A stretch of DNA of 64,000 nucleotides. It comes from Macrostomum lignano (Eukaryota). The stretch spans positions 446,636 through 510,635 of the forward strand of contig NIVC01000616.1 of NCBI GenBank assembly GCA_002269645.1. The letters are read 5' to 3'. The stretch's first letter is position 1. Each line of letters begins with the position of its first letter. Positions 49,254-59,400 of the stretch are shown here, in pieces. The notes beneath the pieces were generated by a model. That model did no database searches. It saw nothing but the letters and a program-made list of their open reading frames with translations, and was not told where the DNA came from. A program made the position numbers and the translations under genes.

Positions 49254-49351
49254 TATAGCATGTACATGTTTTTTGTTCTTTCTGTTTTTTGTTTGGTCAA
49301 TATTTTTTATTTAATTTAAATACATTCTCGTTTGTGTTTTCAATAGCTCAT

Positions 49352-49391
49352 TTGCCTTGAAGATGTCTGCTTTGGACAAAACTTGTTGGCA
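49352..49391 (+). ncRNA. Degenerate minimal type-I hammerhead ribozyme associated with the Penelope-like relic
   Basis: TGCC-TTGAAGA-T-GTC(tgctttg)GAC-AAAA-C-TT-GTT-GGCA: stems I, II and a minimal stem III are present, and the core has three transition changes from CTGANGA/GAAA/GTC. Confidence 0.45.
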
Positions 49392-52300
49392 GTTTAAATA
49401 GATTAAATGTTTGTTTTGACATTTGCTCTTTTGCTAATTTTAAAGCGAGCTACATTACCACAGTTTTTCTAGAAGCATGTTTTTTCCACTTTTTGGCTTC
49501 ATTTTAAAAATTTAATACAAATGTAAAGAGTTTGACCAAGTAAAACTTTTTTGTACATTTGCACAATTTAAACACTTAGACACTTATCAGAAAGCAGCAT
49601 TCATCAACTTATAAACTTTTTAGTTTGTATTGTGGCTTTTTTATATTATTTATTGTTTTTTATTCACTTTTAAAGTTGATACCTTTTTATGTTGTTTTTC
49701 AACTTTTCCACCTTGTATATAGGCCCTAGCTTATGGGACTTGCTACCTAAGGAAATAAACCTATTTCAAATGCAAAAGGATCTCATAGGCCTAGTCATAA
49801 TAGGCTAATTTAAACAATAGTGTAAATTGACTGACTAATGTTATGACTAGAGTGTTTGTCTAATGATATTAGGCCTACTTAGAGATAGATACTAATTGAA
49901 TAAATAAAATAGGCCTAGTTAGGCAAACACTTTGAAATAACAATAAAAAATACTGAATCTGCCATTAGAACCTAATACTGCTACCATGTAAAAAATGCAA
50001 AAGTTTTATGCAAGTTTTAATAAGTCTTTACTCTTATAAAAAAGATGACATAGATAGGCCTAGGCCTAGTTTGTTATCATCCAAATGTCAATAAAAGCAG
50101 ATTATATGTTTATAAAGTTTTTTTTTTTCTATTTCTTGGCCGCTTGTCTAAATATAGGCCTAGTTTATTATTGCTCTTAAATTATTCATTAAATAAATAA
50201 TTCATTTGAAAAAAGGCAGTTGTTATTGTTACAATGACTATATAAATAACAAAATGGTTATTTTTATGGTTAACGGCTAATGCATAAGACATTATGCAGA
50301 ATGCAGCTAATGCGGGCCTATTGTCTTTACTTAATCTTAATGTAACTGTATAAATAGCAAAACTGTTATTTTTATGTTATGGTCACCCTAGGTAAGAAGC
50401 AAAATGGCTATTTTTACAGTCATGTGGAAGAAATTTCCTAAACAATTAACAATTACCTAAAGTAAGCTACCATGACAAGAACCACTAGAAATTACTATTG
50501 TAGGCCCCCCTATTTATTAATAAAACATTTCTTTATTTTTTTTAATTTAACCATCATAGTATTTGCACAGCAAGTTTGTCACTTCATTTAGATGGTATTT
50601 GTTTTAAGTGTAAAACTGTAAAAATAACTGTCTCACTATTTATAGAGTCACCATAACATAACAAAAACAATTGCCTCACAAAAACTAGGCCTACTTTTTA
50701 TTCCAATTTGCCTTTTGTATGCATATTAGGTCACGGGACCAGGACGCTCGGCCTCAATGACTGAATTCATTGTAGGCCTACTAATGCAATGGCTACCCAC
50801 TAAATTTAATGCTTAGGATAAGCCATATGTTTTGCCTTTGGCTTTGAAGTAGGCCCTAGGGCGGCTAGGGCCTAGCCCTTTTTGCTTACTTTTTGACATA
50901 TCTAGGAAAAAAACAAGCAATAAAGTTTTGTCATTGTCTCACGTAATGCGATCTGAATGTAGGAAAGAGGTTTCTAAGCAAAAAAGTTGGCCGCTGCCTG
51001 CTTAGAAAGACCCATTACTGGAGCACGCATATGCCTATCACGTGTCGTGTGATATGGCGCGACAAGATTTTAAATGAAGTTAAAAGGCATTATCTGCACA
51101 AAGCTTCAAAAAACGCGAATTAGCTAGCTTTGTTTTTTAGCTTTTTTCTAACTTTTTATTCGCCTTTAAATCGGTCACTCTGCACTTTAATTTTTACAGT
51201 TTTATTTAAGTTTTGTTTTAAGCTAATTAATTGTAGCGAACGCGAACTTAAATGAATCAGGCTTGAAGGCAAGAACTTTGCAAGCGGTGGCACTTTTGTT
51301 TTGTCTTTGATCACTAGTTTTCCATGTGGAAAAGATAGGCTCGAGTATACGGAGTGTCGGATGCTTTTAGTTAATCATTTATAGACAATGATTACGGTGG
51401 GTTCTCTTCACTCTTCCGTTGCACCGTGTGTGTACATGTTCGTGGTACATGCATGTACGCCGTGGTATATGTAAGACTTCTGTACATGGAGCCAAACATA
51501 TAGCTTCTTATGTAGCTACGTATGTACCTACGATGAGAGGATATTGGTAAAGTTCCGCTTCGAACTGTGTTCTTCGGGTTAATTATATTGGCATTCTTCA
51601 TATTGATCGATGGCCCGTACACGTACATGTACATGTACTCCTCCAAATCATGAGATCCATGTGGCTGTATTGTGTAGAGTTGTGCATGTGCACTTTCCAG
51701 TTTGCTTTAGCTCGGCGTTTGGGCCGGCCAACTCCCAGTGTACTGCCCTTCTCTGATCGAGAAGCTGGCTTTACTATTGTCAGCTCTGCCCTTCGGGGTT
51801 CGGGCCACGCTGATTGACTGCACCCTTTGCCTGGTTTCGCTCTCGATCTAGATCTGTTCCCCTTTTTGCGTGTTAGGGCCGGTTTTGGGTATTACATGTA
51901 TTGGCCGGAGGTTGAGTACATGCACTCTTGCTCCGCCCGGTTTTGACACCAAATTGAGGGTTAAAAGCTAGTTCAAATAGAGACCCCCAAAAGCGAAGAG
52001 ACTACAGAGACTACACAGACTAGCCTTCCTACGTGCAACAATTCAGTGCGCACAACCTTCGTATTTTAAAGTTCATCGACGTGTCACTATTTCACAATTA
52101 TGGTCAACTGAAAAGACCAAAAAATAAAGGCGTGATGATTGAATTGTCTTTGGACTGTCGTCCTCCGCATTTGAAATTTGATGATGCACCAGATCCTGTT
52201 TACTACATTTCGTGGTGCCATGCAAGTAGCAAGTGAAGCTCTGAATGTGCCGTACTGGGTAGCTACAGTACATTTAAATTTATCTAATTTCGGGACTTTG

Positions 52301-52399
52301 TTAAGGGCACGGTTTAGTCAGTTCACATAGTCGTCGCTACTACTCGTACTACGTATATATGTACTACTATGAGTGCCTCGTCCGACTTCTTAACCATGT

Positions 52400-53540
52400 G
52401 TGGAGTGGTGATGCCTGAGAGCTCTTAGATGGCCGAATATAGCCGGTGTCGATTAGCTGTTGAAATTCTTCTCAGGCCACGCGGCCAACTTCTCCACGTG
52501 CAGCTGACGGGCTCTGGAGTGTACCGGGTATTGGTTGCTGGTGTCGATTCGATGCACTGTGTCGTGCTGAACCACATCGAAACTCCTTCCTCGTAGCTGG
52601 GCGAATTTTTCCTGGAAGCGGTCGATCAACTGCGCTTGATCCGTGCGTTGCAGCCTACCGGATAGGCTGGTGTGACGGTAAAAGCTGGGATGCTGAGGGT
52701 GGTCATGGAATTCTGGCGTATGAAGTCACGTCGTGGGATCTACCAGAAGTCGTGCCTTGCAGTCAGAAATTCGGGAGGAAATCGCAGCCTAGTATTGAAA
52801 GACAAAGGCCACGAGGTAGGTTCAACGGAAGGAACGCTGCAGGCCTCGAATCGCTACCTCGAGTGGAATTTCACCTGCGACGGCAATCATACCTTTGGCG
52901 GTAGATGTTTTGGTGGTATCTCATTGCGTCTCATGTACGTTTCAGCTTAGATAAATGTACTGCGGAGGGATGATGGAAACTGCTGCTCCAGTGTCTGTTG
53001 TGTAGCCGAGACTTGAGGTTTCCAGTTGTAGTTGAAAGCTAGGTGCGCACAGTTGCTTTATTTATATTTTGTTATTTAAGAAAAACTACATGATCGATAT
53101 TTTAACTACACTATAAAAAACTGCACGATCGATAAATTAAAGACCCAGAAATGTCACGTGATTAATAATACATTATACAAATAATTTATGAACTATTCTA
53201 CTTAAAGTGGCAGTATACGTAAAAGACAACAATAATAATAATAGTTAAATGCTAATAGTTAGCATTTACGTTATAGTAGATTAGCGTAAAAACATTATCT
53301 ATCATTAAGTTGGTCTGTCAGGTTACACGACACAACAGTGTTGACTAGGAATGACAAACGAAGGTACATGTAGGACTAATTGTGCGCCACTAGATTGGTG
53401 GCACTGCTCACTGCAGTGCCAAGGTCGGGCGGGACCAGGTCTCTCATGCAGGCCACACTGTTCCATATAGGCGGTCAAGCGCTTGACCAACACGGACGGT
53501 TTGTCCCCGACAAGGTCCAAGGTGTTCAGCACTTAAGGGT
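52400..53540 (-). pseudogene. Decayed Ty3/Gypsy gag-pol relic
   Basis: Broken frames give a gag-like LNTLDLVGDKPSVLVKRL, protease TDTGAAVSIIP (about 52970-53000), ILGCDFL, and a pre-RT HDTVHRIDTSNQYPVHSRARQLHVEKLAA; stops and frameshifts are present. Confidence 0.7.
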
Positions 53541-53753
53541 ATATAGCAGAAGATTCATGGAACGATCACCCAAGAATTAAAGTATTAAGTCTACGACAAA
53601 TTTTGTAATGCAATTGCAATTTTATTACTATAGCAATTTGATGCAGTGATTTTCGCCAGTCTCATAAAAGTTTTAAGGTTTTCACTTCAACGATCAAAGG
53701 TTTCAGCAACCATGATGAGTCTTTCTTTTGAATCAGGCACGAACGGAGATTCT

Positions 53754-54597
53754 TCACAAGCGAACGGCGAAATCTCCAGCCACGGCCCTCAGCTCGTGCG
53801 GCACAGCGGCGAATCTCAGCAGGTAGCAAGCGTTCAGGTGGAACAGCACGGCCTGGCAGTCGGCACGGCAACGAACCAGGCACTCATTCAGGCCCATCAC
53901 GGGCTGCACGGTGCGGTAGAAGGGCCCGCTGGAGGAGGTCATGTTCAGGTAGACTCGATCAGCAAAAGTGAAGTATCCGCTGACTGTTAGGGACAGAGAG
54001 AGTTCACAGCAATTCCGGTGATACTGACCCAGTGAGCCATCAGAATTCAGTTAGCATTGCACTGTGTGTCGTGACGTGTGACGTGTACGAGCGTATCAAA
54101 GTTTAAATCGGCTTTGACGCTAGCTTGCTCATACTCTGAGTTTACTTTCTCATGACAAATCAATAAATACTGTTAGAACAATTGAACTCACCTGGACGAA
54201 GGTAGACCTGCCGGTACACGGAGTTTCTCCAAGCTGATCCGCAGATTTGGGCAGAGTTGCCGGCGCAGTTCATGTTGCAGTCGCTGTTGGCAGCCTGGCC
54301 GTGGATGCCATAGGAGTTTCCGCAGCGGCATTCGCTTGCATACTGCGCGCCAAAGTACTCAAAGTTTCCATAGGCGCAAATCTCGCTGCACAGTTCCAGA
54401 GTCATCTCGCTGAGGTCGACAAATGAACCTTTCAGGTGAGACACCGAGTACGGCCCGATGGTGGACCTGCCTTCGAGTCCGCCGAGGTCTCGAGTTTCGG
54501 TGTCCACGAAGCAGCCCACCAGGCCGAATTCGGCGCCCAGCGAGCAGCCGAAAGCGACGCAGCAGCAGAGAAGCGACAGAATTGATGAGGCCTGCAT
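53754..54597 (-). CDS. Secreted WSC-domain protein with a C-terminal Cys-rich PAN/apple-like module (about 211 aa). Exons 54597-54192, 53983-53754
   Basis: Hydrophobic signal peptide; WSC pattern LVGCFVD...MTLELCSEIC...YFGAQYASECRCGN...CNMNCAGNSAQICGSAWRNSVY; phase-1 donor CCAG|GTGAGT and acceptor TAACAG|TC; exon 2 reads LNECLVRCRADCQAVLFHLNACYLL. Confidence 0.85.
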
Positions 54598-56444
54598 TGT
54601 CAGCGGCTGTGCAGATTTAGAAACGAGTAGGCTTGTTGCTTCTGTCTCTTGCTACCTGCTTGGGCTGTCGTCTTTTTTGAATTTTCTCTAAATCAACGGT
54701 TGGGATGGCAGGCGCGGCAATGGGGATGCTCAATTGTTTGATTCGGCATTTTTCGCTACTTTGTTGCCAAAGCGACACTGCAAACTGTTTACTGGGAGCG
54801 GCTTGCAGACTCCGCGCTGTATCACTGCTCCCCAGCGCCTGCTTTTTCACATCATGCGAGGCATCGCAGTGTGGCGTTCGGCAGTTTTTATGAATTCTCC
54901 TTCCTTTCGGCCTAAAAGCCTTGTGTTGTTTGTTTCAACGCGTCTCAAATATCTGCTTTTACTTCTGCTTTCTGTAAGTACACGCATTGCTCGTTTTCAA
55001 TTCTCAACTAATTATTCTGTCGTGATTCAATTCGTCACCCAGTGGTACTTCATTGAAAGTACGAGTAATTCAGTAGAATGGGATAGTAGATTTCTCTATG
55101 GACTAATGGAATTCCCTATCACATACATTATATCTTATATTCTTTCAGTCAGTCAGTCAGGTGAGACACCGGTAGTGAGAAATCGGGTGAGTCAATTGCC
55201 CAAAAAACCATTAAAATGGCACGGCACAGCTCATTGGTTTTATGAATCTATTTTGTTATTCTTAGCTATCTGGGTAACAATATGTGTAACGGAGATGATA
55301 AGATAGATTCATAAAACCATGATTTTTATGATTTTTAGTTGCAGAAAATGTACGTAGAATAAAGGATTAACATGAATCCTATTTTTTGAACCAAAAGCTT
55401 TATATATGAATGGAGCTATAAGAAAGGCACAACATTTCAGAATATTAAAGTTGGATCTGCCTCCTATCGAACGCAATAACAATTTTTTGCTTAAAAATTA
55501 AAATTTCCCATCTCCGTAGTGTATTTTTCGGCAAAAAGTGGCCTTCAAAACATTTTCGATAAATTTCGAGTGTTGCGTCCTTCTACGAGTACTTTAGTAG
55601 TCCTTGACAGTCAGCTTTATTTGAAACATTCAATATCGCGACCGCCCTATATATAATTGATGGATTTTTCACGTCCAGCCAATACTACGAACGTACATGG
55701 AGGACGTTAAAACGTAGTATAATAAAACTACACGCAAGGATATGCATCTAATCCGGATAAGGGATATCAAATCAAAACGCACTTTTCAAAAAAAATTAAT
55801 ACATGCAGTTGCAGGTTTTGCACAGCATATTTGTACTTTACAATATACATGATTAGAGAACCGAATGCGCTGGACAGAAGCTCGTACCAAAATTGAGGCA
55901 CATGAGAAAAACAGTTTTAAGACAAAAACGATTGCATATAATTGTCATTCGAATAAACTATATAAGTACAGCGCTATTATTTCTTTTCAGTCAAAAAAGG
56001 AATAAACTTATTGTAGGAGCCTAGAAAGACATGCCTTCGGTTGACTTCCTTTTTATATTTTTTATAATTTAGCTTTGGTCAAGATTTAATCAATCAGACT
56101 TGAATGTGCGATAATGTCCAGCAATTATGCAACTCACATGCCACATTAACATTTTCTCCTTATTTAAAATCGATTCACATAAAGTCACAGTTTTCTTTTC
56201 TAGTGTTGATAAGGATTATTAGAACAGTTTATATTCATACGAGCTAAAATAAAGATTTTGTATTCTATTGATATCGCCCTTCCTGCCTTAAATTTTTGCC
56301 TTGCACCTGTAATAATGATGAACCCAGGGTGACTTGTACAATAAAGCCTAATAGTCTTTCCTTAAGTTATTTCTAAATCATGTAAAAAAAATCCCAACTG
56401 AATGCTATCCAATATCAGACTTTTTGTTTGTTAAATATTCGAAT

Positions 56445-59400
56445 CTACTTATTGGGTGAAAGCTTGTCAAGGACGAGTCGAAGTTCGTCGCCATCCAGGG
56501 TAACGCGTTTCTCAGAGATTATGGTCTCGATTTGGTGCCTGCAGAATTCCCAGTGTTCCAACGACTGGCTGTAGTGGGCCAGGGTAAGAAGCTCCTCTAA
56601 ATCCTGGTCTTCTTGCAGTTCAACACGCCACTCGTCAAAAATGTCGATTGGAAGATCTCGTAGAAGCTCAGCTTGGAGACTCCAGCTCAGGCAGCGAAAA
56701 TTCACGTACAGGTGGGCGGAGCCAGGCTGCGACAGTCTGGCTTTCAACAGAGTCTGAGTGAACTCAGGGAGGAACGGCAGTCGAGGCGGACTGTCGCAGG
56801 GGAGGCAAAACCTCCACGCCCAGTCTTCCTCAATATCGAAAAAGTCTTTACTCAGAAGGTTTTCAGGCTTCCAACCTCTCTGCACTTGATGCGATTGCAG
56901 CTTCTTCAGGAGGATGTCAGCCTGTGCAGAATCCTCGGATTTCAAATGCGCCATGACTTTCATGCACAAGACTGCGCATTTACACCACTGAAGCTGATCC
57001 AGGATATTAAGCTGTTCCATTAGCTCGTCCTTGTCAGTTGCTTCTGACTGCAGATCAACCATGCATTGGTTCACCATGCAGTAGACCGCAATGGATGAAT
57101 CTGCAGGTTGTGTGGCTTGAAAAGGTTTTTCTACTTTTCTGGTTAGAGGTAGCAAAGTGAACGGGTGAAAGTAGAAGTCCTCCGACTGTAGAGACATCAT
57201 CTGTTCTTTCATTGCCTCATACACCTGTCTTATATTGCTTCTAATCTCTCTGAGTTGGTCCGAAACTTTTGTCCTTGTGTTGACTAAGTCACCTCCGACT
57301 CCAGCATTTTTGAAGTACAACGGAGCGTCAGGCATGAAGAAGTGCGGCATGCAGACATCAGGCGAGCTGCCGGAAGCAACGAAGCTTAGCATCGTGTCGA
57401 GCGATTCATTTAGCAGATCGACCAAGTTCTCCACCGAATGCCAAACGCTGCTATCTTTGCCTTGCTTCTCCAGCATGAACAGGAGCAAAGTCTTGGCGTG
57501 GTAGGTCTTGAGACCCGGTGTTTGCAAATTGATGGGCATGTATATCTTAAATATGTATTTCAAGATGACGAAAAGTTGGCCTTGTACTTCGCTTACGCTC
57601 TCCAAGATTTCTTTTTCATGGAAGCTGAAACTCACTCTGAGTTCGTTCGGCGAGTTGGGTCGAGTCGCTCTAACGAGGTGCACTGGGGGCAGATCTCGGT
57701 TAGGAAGAAGCTTTGCAATTCGGTCCTGACAGAAGTCGCTGCAACATTGGATAGCTTCGCAGATGTCTTCTGTGGGTCGAACACCGCTCGCTAGGGTCGT
57801 CATCGCCGGCTGGCTGCCTGAAAAGAGACAACAAGAGTTTATACCTTAGTCGAATTGTTGCCAGGGCTCAGTTAGTACTTTAAATCAGTCTTTGATCTTC
57901 GTTGCGGCTTGACTATTAAAGTTGTAAGGTTTAACAGAGCACAAGCAAGCGTTACTGATAAGCTGGGCAAAACTTACCCGATCCAGCTTGCACCTGAGCG
58001 TGGCCTTCTCTAACCTGAAGCAGTGGAGAATTTTTGCAATTTTCAGACCTTTGGCAGCCTCCTTTCAGGTGAGTTACTTGTCTAGAGTCCATCGTAGTCC
58101 AGTCGATGTCGGATTGAGCCCCTACTCTGCCGTTCACCTGCACGAGACTGTTCCCCCAGCCTTCTCGGTAGCTGCCAGTCATCTGCCTCTGACCATCTGA
58201 AGAGCTTTGAACCAGCGTTTGCAGAGTGCGACCCAGTACTTGCTGACACTTTGCCCTGCGCAGACTGAATCCTGCCTGGGTAAGCTGCTGGTGCCAACTC
58301 CGACTTAGCTCTCTGTTTCTAAATTTGTTAAAGCTAAATATTCAGTAACACATACGATCGTATTTAAAAAAACAGAAGCAAAATTTTCTTAGAAACATGC
58401 TCTCAATAGTAGATTGTGTCTATGGTTTTGGCACCAGGACAATGCATTTAGACAACCTCCGAATCGCTTACCGAGTTTGTTGACGCAAAACATCCATTGT
58501 CGTGTTTTCCGAAGTTCTAAAAGCACAAAATTAATTTTAAAACACTTAAATTCGTTTTTGTACATGGAAGACATTGTAAGAAGGAGGATGAGTGAAACTC
58601 AAAAAATTTCCTGAATTTCATTGGGGCCAATTTTCGTTGCAAGCATGTTAGCTATGGTTGCTTGTCTAAACGGATTTCGCAAGGATTTTGCTCTTGCATT
58701 GCATACATTAAATAGAGCTTTACCATAGACAAACTTGGTCGAGAGAAACAACATTACCAGAACAAAACCGGCCTCCAGTGAAATTTTCACGACTTGTTAC
58801 ATCTTTTTGCATTCAATTTCAACCAAAGTCGCATTCAATTTCAGCAAGCTGGCATTCAAAATCGGCAATCTAAATTAGCCATCTAAATCTTCATTCAATT
58901 TAAGCATGCTCGCATTCCATATCAGCGAACCACATTCAGCGAACTGCATTCAATTCAATTTTGCCTCAAACTTGTCTGCTCGTCTATGGGTAAACTTTAT
59001 TGACGCGTGCAGATTTTGCGCTCAATTTCGGCAATCTGCATTCAAATTCAGCAAAATTTTATTAACTTAACGTAAAACAAAACGAACGTCGTCCAATACA
59101 TGTACAGTGTCATAGGGAACAAAAACAGAAAATCGAAGTCACGTCAAGTGTGGCCCTTCAGTCCCCATTGATGTTCATGAGCTCTGCAAGTTGTAAATAG
59201 TCCTGCCCTGTCTCGTGGGCATCGATAAGGCGGGCTCTATCTCTGTCAGAAACTCGTGCGTTTGGTCCTCGACCTTCTTCTTCTTCTGACTCAATTTCTT
59301 CGTCAGCTTGTTCTTTAATGATCTCATTGTCACTCATATCTATGCTCGATATCTACACTTGCAGTAAAAAAAACAGAAAGCTGGGGTGAAGTGAAATGAA

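Larger units (their letters stand above)
48480..49400 (+). mobile_element. 5'-truncated Penelope-like element relic: GIY-YIG endonuclease ORF remnant (48486-48860) plus 3' tail
   Basis: KAGVVYQFQCSVDQGVSYIGKTKRHLHQRVREH...LEATYIRKYNPSLNVQ matches the C-terminal GIY-YIG endonuclease of Penelope-like elements; a hammerhead-like motif lies downstream. Confidence 0.8.

Noticed and set aside
50970-51008. 10-bp stem hairpin TTTCTAAGCA...TGCTTAGAAA
   Set aside because: A single hairpin with no snoRNA, snRNA or miRNA hallmarks that I can support.
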